From contig CAWIEK010000041.1 in NCBI GenBank assembly GCA_963835065.1, positions 146,321 through 210,320 on the forward strand: 64,000 nucleotides of DNA, read 5' to 3'. The position numbers and the translations under genes are program-made. The notes below the pieces were generated by a model that was not told the origin of the DNA, did not search any database, and saw only the letters and a program-made list of their open reading frames with translations. Shown one piece after another: positions 9,677 through 21,759 of this stretch. The first letter of the stretch is position 1; the number at the start of each line of letters is the position of its first letter. Source of the stretch: an uncultured Chthonomonadaceae bacterium (GTDB lineage: Bacteria; Armatimonadota; Chthonomonadetes; Chthonomonadales; Chthonomonadaceae).

Positions 9677-11074
9677 ATGATAGCATCCATCTTGCAGCCT
9701 TTGATTGAACAGGGAGAGAATGTTCGCGCCGAATTCAAGAGCGCGGTTGAAAATGTGGAAGCGGTTGGGGAAACGGTAAGCGCATTTCTCAACGCCGGAG
9801 GAGGAACTCTGGTGGCTGGCGTAACCGCAAGCGGCGCGGTTAGAGGCATCGAAAATGCTCAGGAGATGGCAGGCCACATTCGGCAGGATTTGATTCAACA
9901 CCTCTCGCCGCAAGCCTCGTATTCGGTAGGAGTGGAGGAGATTGGAGGCAAGCCCTGCATCGTTGTGGATGTGCCGCCCGGTTCCGAGCCTCCTTACGTA
10001 TATCGGGATGGTATCTTTGTACGACGTGGTACGCGCAGCCTTCGCGCGGCGGGCGCGGACATTGCCGGCCTACTCCAGCGTCGGCGGCAGGAGCCTATAC
10101 GGTGGGAACGCCTGTCTGCCCTGAGCATTGCTGTGGAAGAATTAGACCAAAACGAGATTGCTCACACTGTGAAGCAAGAACAAAACAATCGCTGGCAAGC
10201 AAACAGGCAGGACTTTTCTGTTGAAGACGCGCTCAACGCGCTGAATCTGGCGGAGCGCGGGATGCCGCTCAACAGCGCGATTGTTCTTTTCGCCCGACAG
10301 CCCGCCCGCCTGTATCCTCAAATCCGAGTGCGTGTCGCGCGGTTTGCCTCCGACAATCCCTCCGAAATTATAGACCATCGCACTTTTGAGGGGCATGCTT
10401 TCGCCTTGTTGGAACAGACACTTACCTTTCTGCAAGCGCATCTGCCGGTTGCCTCCACGTTACCCGGCGCAGAATTGATTCGCGCAGACAAGCCGCTCTA
10501 TCCTCCCGGCGCAATCCGTGAGGCGCTTATCAACGCGCTGATGCACCGGGATTATGCCACTTATGATGGCGGCGTTGCCGTACGTATGTACCCGGATCGC
10601 ATAGAGTTCTGGAATTCCGGCGCGTTGCCACAGGGCATGACCGTTGAAACGCTCCGGCAGGGGTATGTGTCACGCCCTCACAACCCGGACATTGCGCACG
10701 TATTTTTGCTGCGGGGTCTTGCGGAGCGGATGGGTATTGGAGCGCGGCGTATCGTTGCCGAGTGCGTGGAAGCGGGGTTGCCGGAGCCGACGTGGGAGGA
10801 GCAGGGCGGCGGTATTCTGCTTACTTTGCGTCGAACGCCCGCCGTTGTCACTCCTAAGCGTAACATGCATTTAAGCCGAAGGCAGGCTGCGTTTCTTGAG
10901 CAGACGCCATCCGGGGAACGCATCACAGCGCAGGAGTACCATCGTCGGTTTGCATCGGATGTATCCGACCGGCAGGCGCGTACGGAACTTGGACAGCTTG
11001 TTGAAATGGGGTATGCGCGCCGCGAGGGCAGCGGGCCTGCGACTGCTTACGTGCGTACATCCTTGCCCAAATGA
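9677..11074 (+). CDS. AlbA_2 (Schlafen-like) + HATPase_c_4 + wHTH protein (RecG-C-type regulator)
   Basis: GENVRAEFK, AFLNAGGGTL, REALINALMHRDY, ERMGIG, C-terminal HTH; SD AAGGAG. Confidence 0.88.
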   Translation: MIASILQPLIEQGENVRAEFKSAVENVEAVGETVSAFLNAGGGTLVAGVTASGAVRGIENAQEMAGHIRQDLIQHLSPQASYSVGVEEIGGKPCIVVDVPPGSEPPYVYRDGIFVRRGTRSLRAAGADIAGLLQRRRQEPIRWERLSALSIAVEELDQNEIAHTVKQEQNNRWQANRQDFSVEDALNALNLAERGMPLNSAIVLFARQPARLYPQIRVRVARFASDNPSEIIDHRTFEGHAFALLEQTLTFLQAHLPVASTLPGAELIRADKPLYPPGAIREALINALMHRDYATYDGGVAVRMYPDRIEFWNSGALPQGMTVETLRQGYVSRPHNPDIAHVFLLRGLAERMGIGARRIVAECVEAGLPEPTWEEQGGGILLTLRRTPAVVTPKRNMHLSRRQAAFLEQTPSGERITAQEYHRRFASDVSDRQARTELGQLVEMGYARREGSGPATAYVRTSLPK

Positions 11075-11406
11075 ACAAGCCAAAACAAACAATCAGCAGG
11101 CATACCGCGACAGTCGCTTTTGCATAACCCTGATAATTGTGTGGATGCCTGATTTCATTCTACTTCTGTTCGCCTCCCTTGCTTCTGGACGCGCCAACCG
11201 GCTCCGTTTCAGATTGGATGGAACGCATTATCGCGCGTCTATAAGCCATAGGCATTATAGTGTGTTAGGTACTTTCCGAGCGCATCTGCTTGCAACAACT
11301 GTTAACTCAGCAGACAAGCAGAGTATTCGATACCGTTTGCGGCTGAGTATCTCACTATGGGTAGTGCGAAGCATCGTGTACAAAGCCGCACAAGGCCATT
11401 ATAGCC

Positions 11407-11664
11407 TCAAAAGTACCTAACACTTTCTAGCTTATCAACCACCGCTTCTAAGGCTTTCATGTCCCACACGAAACCACACGCGCGTAAGGCCACGATATTG
11501 CCAAAGTTTTCAAGACTCACTATGTAGTCGTCTGTGCCTTCGATAAACGTCTGAGAGTCACTGCCGAGACTGGCGCGAAAGGCGACAGTAAGGACCGCCA
11601 AATCTTCCTTGCCGGTTGCACAAACTTTTACAGAGGTCTTATCAACCAGTTCAACTGTTCCCAT
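11407..11664 (-). CDS. Hypothetical protein
   Basis: ATG with purine-rich SD in an AT-richer region; protein-like composition. Confidence 0.4.
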   Translation of the reverse strand: MGTVELVDKTSVKVCATGKEDLAVLTVAFRASLGSDSQTFIEGTDDYIVSLENFGNIVALRACGFVWDMKALEAVVDKLESVRYF

Positions 11665-12066
11665 GTTCTTCCTTTGCTTCCGCCTTGGCCCTGGTTCCGG
11701 TTCCCCTCATCTTGCCCTATTTGGTTCTCCTATCCTACTCCAGATTTACGCAATAATCTCACTTCCTCAGCAAGTTCGGATAGGGTAACATTTGTGCGAG
11801 GTCATGCCCTCATTGATATTCAACAGCGATTGATGCAGCACAAGGAGAAGCGCCACGTCAGCGTCGGTTGCTTCCTTGTTTGCGATAGAACCGGAAGGCA
11901 TCCGCGCGGCATTGCCTTTGGCAGTGGGCTGCAACGACATACGCGCGCCTTTCTTTAATGCCGAGTATCTTTCCATTCCAGGTTCTTCTGCTTCTCCTTG
12001 CTTGTTTTGGTGGAGAGTAGCGCAGCTTTGTTCTCGGATATTCCTTCAGTTTAACATCAAGAAGCG

Positions 12067-12490
12067 TTATCTGCGGCGTTTGAACGCAATGGCAAACGGC
12101 AGGGTAAGCAGAACGATGCCGCCAAGATTATACATATAGGGTGTAGACGGCCACGACGCGCCGGTCACGTTTTGCGCGGGATCGGCTGCCAGATAGCGAA
12201 CCTCGATCTTATCGCCGGGATGCAGATTGACACGCTCTTGCGCTCCTACTTCGCTGTGCCCGGTGTAATGCTTACAGTCTGCTTCAAAAGCGTACGTAAT
12301 GTTTCGCTTTGCTGCCTGCTTCGCCTTCAAGCGATACAAGAGTTCCCTGCGTCTTCACACCTGCATCCTGAATATGATGGAAAGCGCGAAGTTGATTCAT
12401 GCCGATGATGATCAGAACAACGCCAATCGCGCCCAAAAGCCAGCCAAGAACAGGATAGCGCACCAGCAGATTCGTTAACAAAAATCGCAT
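12067..12490 (-). CDS. DUF3592-like membrane protein; frameshift near 12305
   Basis: [29 protein letters not shown] across two frames. Confidence 0.7.
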
Positions 12491-12533
12491 TGTAACTGGT
12501 TATCTGTGAAATAGGGACCATAGGCGCATAGCA

Positions 12534-15482
12534 TTAGCGGCGCAGGTTGGTGTCGAAGAGTTTGAGGATGCGCTTGTACTCGTCGGCCCAACTGGACGGT
12601 TCCTCGAAGGCATGGCTTTCTACCGGGTAGGCGGCGAGTTCCCAGTTTTCTTTGTGCAGTTCGATCAGGCGCTGCGTCAGCCGCACGGAATCCTGAAAGT
12701 GAACGTTGTCGTCCACCATGCCGTGACAGATGAGCAATGCGCCCTTCAAACCCTCCGCAAAGTAAATGGGCGAGACTTTGGCGGTACGCGGTCGGGTCGT
12801 TTTGCGGCTCGTTGAGAATGTTGGCCGTGTAGCCGTGATTGTAGTGCGCCCAATCCGTGACGGGACGCAGGGCCGCGCCCGCCGCGAAAACATCCGGCTG
12901 CGTGAACATCGCCATCAGGGTCAGGAAGCCGCCATAACTGCCGCCGTACAAGCCGATGTGTTTGGGATCAACGCCATACGTGGATACCAGCCACTTCGCG
13001 CCGTCTACTTCGTCGTCCAAATCCTTGCCGCCCATGTGCCGGTAAATGCCTGTGCGCCAATCCCGCCCGTAGCCCGCCGAGCCGCGATAATCCGCGTCCA
13101 GCACCAGATAACCGCGCTCCATCAGCAGGTGATGAAACATATACTCGCGGTAATAGTAGCTCCACCACGTATGGGCGTTTTGCAGATAGCCCGCGCCATG
13201 CACGAACAACACGGCAGGCCCGCCCCGCTTCCATTTCGCGGGTTTGTACAGCCGCGCATACACCGTCGCGCCATCCCGCGCCTTGTACGTGACAATGGGC
13301 GGATTGATCCAGGGGTAGGAAAGCCATTCGGGTGTCGGGGAGTGAGTAACTTGAACGGCATCGGCTTCCCCGTCCGGCGCGGCGTTTGCCCCTGCGTCAG
13401 CCAGTTCAAGCCGGATACTTTCGCGGCGGATGCTCTTGTGGTGGATGCTTTGGCCGCGTGGGTTTTCGTTACGGTGGTTTTGGTCTCGCTTGTTTGCGCC
13501 GTTGACGCGGTGCGGGCGGAGGATGTAACCGCGTCGGATGTGGATACGCCCGAAGAGTCGGAGGCAGACGGGCGGTTGGGCATGAGGAACAATTCGGGCG
13601 GGCGATTGCCGGTGGAACGGACGATTGCCAGCGTTTTATCGTCCGGCGAAACCTCGAAATCATCTTCATCCGCCTGCGACATGCGGACAATGCGCGTCCG
13701 GGTTCCGCCGCTAATGGACATGGAATACAGGGCGCGTTCGGTTGGGCCGTCCTCGCTTGACAGAAAATAGAACTTCTGCTTGTCTTCCGACAGGCGGACG
13801 CGCAAAACTTCAAAATGCCCCTGCGTCAGCTGTACCGGAGCGCCGTCTTCCGTAGAGACTGTGTACAAATGCGCGTAGCCGTCCGCTTCCGAAACAAAGT
13901 ACACGTGCCGATTGTCGGGCAGAAAGCCCATCGCGCCCGCGCCGAACCTGCCTACCCAGGCGTCGTCGTGGAGATGCGCCAGAACCTTTGTCGCGCCCGT
14001 TGCCGGGTCTGCGCCGAGCAGCCAGGCGTCCTTGTTGTCCGTCGTCCGCGCCGTTACGATAGCCCGCTTGCCGTCTTCGGACCACTGCCAGCCGGACCAG
14101 TTCACCCGCCGCGTCCCGCTTCGCAGCCCTTCGGCGCTAAAAGCGGGCGGCGTAAAGACAATTGGCTTCGCGTCGCCTGTCGCCACATTCAGCACGGCCA
14201 TGCGCGTCGCGCCCTGCGCATCCCCCACTTTGCCCCGACCGGGAATTTCTTCCGTGTACCCGCTTTCCGTGATAAACCGGGGAATAACCGCGCTTCTTTC
14301 GCTGCTGTCGCCCTCGCGGATTGTCAGGCTGACCCATTCGCCATCGGGAGAAAGGCGCAATCCGAACGCGCTTTGCCCGGCAGCCAGCATAAACGGCTTG
14401 CGCTGTCCCCGTTCTTCCTGCCGACGCTTGGCGTCCTGCTCGGCGCGTTGCTTCGCATCCTCGCGCAGCGACTCGAACAATTCCGCCTGCGCTTTTTGCA
14501 GGGCTTCCTGACTGGAAGCCGCACTCCCGGTTCCCGCGCCGCTCGTTCCCGAAGTATCGGCTGTCCCTGCATTGTTCGCGCCGTTGCCATTTTGCCTTGC
14601 GGGATTGTTTCTGCCTGTACCGTTATTTCTGGCGGCGTTGTTTCGCGCTCCATTGGTTCCTGTTGTTCCCGTTGCAGTGGCATTATTGCCGGTAGCATTG
14701 GTTCCATTCGTGCTGGCTCCAGATTGGGCGACTCCGCCTGTGCCGGATGCCGCGCCGTTCTGCCGGGTTGGGGGAGTCGCGGTTCTGCGCCGCCCGCCGG
14801 CCTGTGCCAGAAACGGCGTTTGTTCCGGCGCGGTTCCCCGGCGTATATCGGTCAGTTGCTTGATGCCCCCGCCGTCGAGCGCCAGTTCATACAGGTTGCC
14901 CTGCCGCTCGAAAACGATGTTCTTGCCGTCCAGCGTGAAGCGCGGATTGCTTTCGGCTTCCATCGTTGCGGTCAGTTGCCGCTTTTGGTTCTGCGCGAAA
15001 TCGTACAGGTAGATGTCGCCGGCTTCCGAATACACAGCCAGATGTTTGTCGGGAGAAAGTTCGCGGAATTGGGGCGGCAGGCGTTTCGCGTCCTCGTCTA
15101 TAAGGCGGTGCAGGCCGCTGCCGTCCGCGTTGACCACATAATGGGCATACTCCTTGCGGCGCGACTCCCCGGCCTGTTTCCAGTCGAAGTACACAAAACG
15201 CCCATCCTGCGACCAGTGTACGTTGACGGGCGCGTAGCCGATCAATTCCGGGCCGCGCATGATGTTGTCTATCGTAAGCGCGAACGGCTTGGAAGCGACC
15301 TGCCCACGCGCCGGGGATGCCGACGCAGTTGAGGGTTGTGTCCTTCCCTCCGGGTGGACGCCCGTGTTGAGGGTTGAGGTCTGCCCCCCCACTTGAGACA
15401 CCGACGCCAAAAGTAACGCAAGGCCATAAAACGGCGAAAAAGCGCGAAACAAAGGACGCTCAGGCAACTGAAAAAAGTGCAT
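12534..15482 (-). CDS. S9 family (DPP IV-like) serine peptidase; frameshifts near 13280-13400 and 12775
   Basis: Beta-propeller, nucleophile GGSYGG, DDNV and ESH catalytic residues across three frames. Confidence 0.88.
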
Positions 15483-15731
15483 CAATAATTTTCGCTTTCT
15501 ACCTTCACAAAGCCGGTGTTCGGTGTTTGGTATTCGGATACCCGGCGTTTGTATCAAGGGCCGTGAACGCATTATACAGGTTCTTAAAAAAGTAGGAAAG
15601 TGTTACTCTACCATAGAGAACGTCACGCTTGTATTATGAACAGGATTGGCTATGATGTCAACAAGACAATGTCTGCGCACAGGGTAAAGTTCTGTGGCGA
15701 ATTTGTCGTTCTTCCGTTAGTAAGGGTAGTA

Positions 15732-17094
15732 AGGGTCTGTAAAAGTATAAGTTCCCGAATCAAGCGAGCATAACCGTTTCTCTTGGGCGCACGGTGTAGT
15801 TCCATTGCGGACACACGTCGTGCTTGGTCAGGTTCAAAGCGGCTATCACGTCGTCGGCTATCTGGATGCCCTTTTGGTACACTTGGGTGACCAGATGCGC
15901 CGTCACCTGCAAGCCCGTGCTGGTAGTGGTCTGACGCAAGTAGTGTAATACCGTGTCGTAATCGCGCAAGGGACATCCCGCCCACGTCTTGCTGATCTCG
16001 CTGAAAACCCGATGTTCAATCGGGTTCCACTTGGAGCAGCCGGTGGGCAAGTGGCACACGGTCACTTCCAGGCCGAAGCGGTCGGCAATTTTCTCTTGGA
16101 GTTGCTGCTTCCACAACTTGCAGCGGTAGCCGTTGCTGCCGCCGCAGTCGCTATGCAGCAACAACTGCGTGGCATGGGGATAGCGTACCGGCATCTCGGT
16201 TTCACACCAGTGAGCCAGATTGTTGACGGCGAACTCGCCCGTGTCGGCGGACTGCCCGACATAAACGGTGGCGACATTGTGAGCCAGATCATAGATGCCG
16301 TAAGGAACCGCCCGTCCTATCCCCTCACTGGGAAAGTCGTGGACGTTGACCGCTTGGGCTTCTTGACACCAGATGCGCCCTGCGTTCTTGAAGTCGCCGA
16401 GCAGTTCTTTCTTCTTGGTATCCAAAGATAAAACGGGCTGTCCTGCGGCCACAAACGCTTCCCGTTGGCGCTGCAAATAGACAAACTGCGTGTCGCGTTC
16501 GGGCGGGTGGCTGGCTTCACGCTCCTTGACATTGGCCCGCAGGCGATAGTCGCGCTTCTTGAGCAGACGGCTCAACACAGGCAGGCTGACCGTATGCGCC
16601 TTCTTCTGCAAGTGCGCTTGCAAGTCGCGCAAGCGCACGTTGAGCCACTTGGTCGTGGTCATTGGATCGCCTGCCGTATGCGGTTCAACCGCCTCCACGA
16701 GAGCGTCTGCTAAGGTCGTGTCTTTTTTTCAGCGGCGGGTTGCCCGCCGCCTTCGTGACGCAGACGGTCGGCGGGAACCGTGCTCAGGTCGGCTTGGAGT
16801 TCGCGCCTGCCGCGACGGATGGTTTTTTCATCCAGACCGGTGAGGAGCGAAAGTTCGCCGTCCGTGAGGGCGTTGGGCATGAGCGACAGCGACCCAACAT
16901 ACCAGCGGCGTTGCGGTTCATTGAGCCGGCTGAGCAACAGGTTGATTTGATGGTGGTAGCGCGTAAGCGCTGTATCCACTTGCGTAAGACACGTCGCACA
17001 GGAACACCGATGTATCGGCGGGGTAGGTTCCGGCAGAGGAGTTTTCATACCTCTGAGTTTACCACATTCGGGAAGTTATACTTTTACGGACCCT
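15732..17094 (-). mobile_element. ISAzo13-family insertion sequence
   Basis: About 29-bp TIRs (AGGGTCTGTAAAAGTATAAGTTCCCGAAT and inverse, 2 mismatches), TA on both flanks, transposase inside. Confidence 0.9.
15760..17048 (-). CDS. ISAzo13 DDE transposase, orfA 16710-17048 + orfB 15760-about 16730, joined at an A7G slippery site
   Basis: SLDTKKKE, DCGGSNG, SKWNPIEHRVFS; GAAAAAAAG at about 16722-16730. Confidence 0.88.
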
Positions 17095-17129
17095 TAAGTG
17101 CAAGGTGACGTTGCATGATTTGTTCTTGA

Positions 17130-18377
17130 TTACTCAGCCGCCTGAAATAGTGGCGTCCATAACACGTTTTTCCTGCCCCACTTGATGGTTCCATTCGCCC
17201 AAAATAGCGGCAAGGTTTCTTTTGGAATGGAATGTGAAAACGCTGTGGTTAGAGCCGCCTGACGAACGCCCAAAGCGCACTGCCGAATCCACGCATCCGG
17301 CTTCTCCTTGTTGTGGCTCTGCAAATACGATTGATATAGTTGGTAGCCTACCTCGGAACAGAAATTTATAGCGCGTTGCCGTTTGTCTTCATTTGTCCAG
17401 CCTGTAAAAGCAACCGGGGAAATATACTGGTCAGGATGAACTAAACAGTCCTGCTCATCGCACAGCGCATCGGACTTCAGCGCCTGAATCCCTACAGGCG
17501 TCAAAATCGGCAGGTTGTCCGTTGTTCGTATATCTATGGTGATGTTGTTCATGTGATTTTCGCCAAGGTAGCGTTCCAAAAACGTCAAAGCGTAGTTTGT
17601 TGTCAATGCTACGCGCAACTGGATTTCGGCGCTTGTCAACATAGCGGCATCGGGTAACTTCACTGCTTTCGCCTTGGCCGGATCAGTTACGCCTGTTAAT
17701 CCTCCTAGAACTCGTGACATTTCGTTGCCGGTAATAAGACAATCTTCAACATAGAGAACGTTTTTGTACCCCTCAATAAGAGCCTCTCTAATGTCGAGCA
17801 AAGGCATGTTCAACTGATTTAGTTCAGGAGCGGCTAACTGCTTTTTAACCAAGTTTGCAATAACACCAGCGCTTTTACCGGCTTCGGCATGTTGATTGAC
17901 GCAGATACAATCAATGCCTGCTAATCCTTTTTTGTTGATACGCAGCGCCTTTCGCACACGCGCTTCTGACCAGAAATCTAATCGCCTTAACAATTCTTCT
18001 GCAATCCACGCGGCGCCATCTAATTTATCGAACTGCTCTATCCAGGCATCCAGCGCATTTCTGTCAACTTCCCCATGCCGCCAGGCATTGCGCAATGTAT
18101 CCTCGATTTTGCTCGACCAATCCAGTCTCAGTTGTTTCAACGTGTGTGGTAAAGCTGCGCGCAACAAGTTTGTAATGTTTGCCGGACGATTTAGAAAGCC
18201 ACGTTCTGTAATACGGGCGGGCACAATCTTTATATCGTTGGGTACTAAAATATGGGGAAAGTGTGTGGGCAGGTTTGCCTCAATCGTTTGTGTAACAAAG
18301 GAAGCATGTGTTGAACGCTTCTGAGGTATTACAACCATCTGAATGATCTTCTCATCTTCCCAACTTTCAGAGGTCAA
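17130..18377 (-). CDS. PRTase-like protein (PRTase-CE-type), copy 1; true start probably 18468
   Basis: AGKSAG, PRPP-loop-like VLYVEDCLITGNE, C-terminal FSHSIP..LPLFW..WTPLF; AT-richer than backbone. Confidence 0.7.
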   Translation of the reverse strand: MTSESWEDEKIIQMVVIPQKRSTHASFVTQTIEANLPTHFPHILVPNDIKIVPARITERGFLNRPANITNLLRAALPHTLKQLRLDWSSKIEDTLRNAWRHGEVDRNALDAWIEQFDKLDGAAWIAEELLRRLDFWSEARVRKALRINKKGLAGIDCICVNQHAEAGKSAGVIANLVKKQLAAPELNQLNMPLLDIREALIEGYKNVLYVEDCLITGNEMSRVLGGLTGVTDPAKAKAVKLPDAAMLTSAEIQLRVALTTNYALTFLERYLGENHMNNITIDIRTTDNLPILTPVGIQALKSDALCDEQDCLVHPDQYISPVAFTGWTNEDKRQRAINFCSEVGYQLYQSYLQSHNKEKPDAWIRQCALGVRQAALTTAFSHSIPKETLPLFWANGTIKWGRKNVLWTPLFQAAE

Positions 18378-18733
18378 GCGGCACAGTACCTCATGCGCTT
18401 TAGCCTTATTTACATCTTGGCATACAACAATAACATGCGCCTGTCCTTTCTTCAGCGGGTTTCGACATTTTCTAACAGACCTCCATGCCTGTCAAATTTG
18501 CAGCACATGCCAAAGCAAGAAAGCCCTACCATCTATATAGACAGTAGGACTCTCTTAAAACAAGATGCAGGAATTTTGTACTGCGGCCACTCTACAAATT
18601 CCTAGTGGCAAGAGTCAGGAAGCACCGATCCGCCCACGATGGTATTGGTTGTTAAAACCTTGCTCATAACAGCCCTATAAAGACTGTCAAGTCCCCAGCA
18701 CTGCGCAAATTCGCCTTCCCATCGCCCATATAT

Positions 18734-18762
18734 AGTATAGGCTATAAAGTCTGCTTTGTCAA
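18734..18762 (-). promoter_or_regulatory. Sigma70 promoter TTGACA-17-TATACT for the PRTase-like gene (also 23873-23901)
   Basis: Near-perfect consensus. Confidence 0.7.
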
Positions 18763-18941
18763 GACCAACGGGCGCAATTTTTGTGGTGAAGTTATCGGTA
18801 TTAAGATTAGCAATTCACAGGCACTGGCGCGAACCTTGACTATCCCGGTTCGTATAACAACAGCGTGGCAGGTATGACGCAAGATACTGCCGCCACTTTC
18901 TACAAAAATTACCCTTTTGCTGCCGACAATAGAACAAACGC

Positions 18942-19010
18942 TGAATGATGAATGATGAATGATGAATGAATTGGATTTTGTTCATCACTCATCACTCAGC
19001 ATTCAGCATT
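18942..19010. repeat. Inverted heptamer arrays (GATGAAT)n / (TCATCAC,TCAGCAT)n upstream of glgP (also about 24081-24150)
   Basis: Direct reading. Confidence 0.8.
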
Positions 19011-19027
19011 TCCTTTGAGGAGTATAC

Positions 19028-21597
19028 ATGCCTACCGTTCATGCTTTTCACGTCGTGCCCGCGCTGCCCGACTCGCTTGACCGCCTGCGCGAACTGGCGT
19101 TCAATATCCAATGGGCCTGGAACCATGAGGCCATCGAACTGTTCCGAAGACTGGACCGCGACCTGTGGGAAAGCAGCGGGCACAACCCCGTCCGCATGTT
19201 GGGCACGATTTCACAGGAGCGCTTGCGCGAAATCGCGCAGGACGACGGCTTTCTGGCCGAACTGGACCGGGTTCGTTATGGCCTGGAAAACTATCTGAAA
19301 GCGCAAAACACGTGGTTTACGCGCAACTGGAAAGACAAAGTTTCGCCCGACACGCGCATTGCCTACTTTTCTATGGAATTCGGCATGACGGAGTGCCTGC
19401 CGATCTATTCCGGCGGTTTGGGCGTTCTTTCCGGGGACCACTTAAGTCGTCGAGCGATCTGGGATTGCCGCTTGTGGGCGTCGGCTTGCTGTACCAGCAG
19501 GGCTATTTCCGGCAGTTCCTCAACGCGGAAGGCTGGCAGCAGGAGCGCTACCCGACCAACGATTTTTACAACATGCCGATGCAGTTGCAGACGGACGCGA
19601 ACGGCAAGCCCCTGCGCATTTGCGTGGAGTTTCCGGGCCGCAACGTGTACGCGCAAATCTGGAAAATCGCGGTTGGGCGCATCCCGCTGTATCTGCTCGA
19701 CACCAACATTGACGCCAACAACTACGAAGACCAGAACATCACGGATCAGCTGTACGGCGGCGATACGGAAATGCGCTTGAAGCAGGAGATTGATTTTGGG
19801 CATCGGCGGGATGCGCGCTTTGACCGCGCTGGACATTCAGCCGACCATCTGCCACATGAACGAAGGCCACTCGGCGTTTATGGCGTTTGAGCGCACCCGC
19901 ATGTTGATGCAGCAGAACGGCTGCGACTACTGGCATGCCCGCGAAGCCACCGCTGCGGGCAATCTGTTCACCACGCACACGCCCGTTCCCGCCGGCTTCG
20001 ATATGTTCCCGCCTGACCTGCTGGGCCGCTATTTCGGCGGCTATATCGGGCAGCTTGGCATTACGTTCAATGAGTTTATGAACCTGGGCCGCTACCACGA
20101 ATACAACACGGACGAAAAGTTCAATATGGCGATCATGGCGCTGCGCCACGCGCACCACGTCAACGGCGTCAGCAAACTGCACGGCAAAGTAACGCGGCGC
20201 ATGGTGCAAATCGGCTTTCCGCAGTTCCCGGAAGAGGAAGTGCCGGTCAGCAGCGTCACGAACGGCATCCACGCGCGCTCGTTCACATCCCGCGAAATGG
20301 CGAACGTGCTGGACCGGTATCTAGGCGGGCGCTGGTCGCAGGACGTGAGCGGCGAGGGCGTGTGGGAGCAAGATGAACAGCATCCCGGACGAGGAAATCT
20401 GGCGCGTGAAGCAGCGTCGGCGCGAACAACTGGTGCAGTTTGCGCGCGAACGGCTGAAACTGCAGTACGAGCAGCGGGGCATGAGCGAGTACGAAATCCG
20501 CCGGACGCGCGAAATCCTGCACCCGGACGCGCTGACCATCGGCTTCGCCCGCCGCTTCGCCACCTACAAGCGCGCTACCCTCCTGCTGTCCGACCCGGAA
20601 CGGCTGATAACGACTGCTGACGGACGCGGAGCGTCCCGTGCAGATTATCATGGCGGGCAAGGCGCACCCCAAGGACGATGGCGGCAAGGATCTGATTCAG
20701 GAAATCGTGCAGTTTGCCCGCAAATCCGACGTGCGCCACCGCATTGTCTTTCTGGAAGATTACGACCTTGCCCTTGCGCGGCAAATGGTGCAGGGCGTGG
20801 ACGTGTGGCTGAATACGCCCCGCCGCCCGATGGAAGCCAGCGGCACGAGCGGCATGAAAGTGCTTGCCAACGGCGGCCTGAACCTTTCCATTCCCGACGG
20901 CTGGTGGGCGGAAGTGGAGGAAAAGGGCGTGGGCTGGTTCATCGGCAAGGGCGAGGATTACGCCGACCCGGACGAGCAGGATCGGGTAGAGGCCCGCGTC
21001 CTTTACGACATTCTGGAAAAAGAGGTTGTGCCGCTGTTTTATGACCGGGCGGGCGAAAGCCTGCCGCGCGGCTGGATGTCCCGCGTCAAGAACTCCATGA
21101 GCCAGTTGTGTCCCGAGTTCAACACGCACCGCATGGTGTCGGAGTACGCCACGAGTTTCTACTTCCCGGCAACCGAGCGGTTCCAGCGCTTGACGCAGGA
21201 CGGTTTGGGGCAGGCAAAAGAACTGGTGGACTGGAAGAACCGCGTCCGCGACAAATGGGGCCAACTGCACATTGACAACGTGGAATCGCAAAAAACGGGC
21301 GACGACACGATTTCCGCCGGGCAGTCCGTGCATATCAAGGCGTCCGTGCAATTGGGCGACCTGAAGCCGCAGGACATTATTGTTCAAGCCTACTACGGCG
21401 CGCTCGACTTCAACCACCAGATCACGAGCGGAACCGCCGTGCCAATGGAATGGACGGGCGCGCAGGACGGGCGCAACATCTACGAAGGCGACCTGCCCAC
21501 GACCAACAGCGGGATGCAGGGCTTTTCCGTGCGCGTCCTGCCCACGCACCCCGATGCCCTGATGCCTATCGAACTGCCGCTCATTACGTGGGAGTAG
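19028..21597 (+). pseudogene. glgP: Alpha-glucan phosphorylase copy 1, several frameshifts (about 19440, 19790, 20370, 20610)
   Basis: Fragments match the intact copy at 24167-26734; may be sequencing error. Confidence 0.85.
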
Positions 21598-21607
21598 GAG
21601 AAGATTC

Positions 21608-21754
21608 ACCACCCGCTGCGCTAGAGACACAGAGACACAGAGGTTTCACAGAGAAAAGAAAAACGAGGAGGTCGCGGTTCCCATCACTCCTCTTCTCCTT
21701 TTCTTCCTCTGTGTTCCCTCTCTGTGTCTCTGTGTCTCTAGCGCAGCGGGTGGT
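21608..21754. repeat. Long-hairpin element with 35-bp perfect inverted arms (copy at 26745-26885)
   Basis: ACCACCCGCTGCGCTAGAGACACAGAGACACAGAG and its reverse complement. Confidence 0.9.
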
Positions 21755-21759
21755 TCATT

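Noticed and set aside
18824..18840. Sigma54-like TGGCGC-N5-TTGA upstream of glgP
   Set aside because: The -12 element deviates from consensus and no activator evidence is present.
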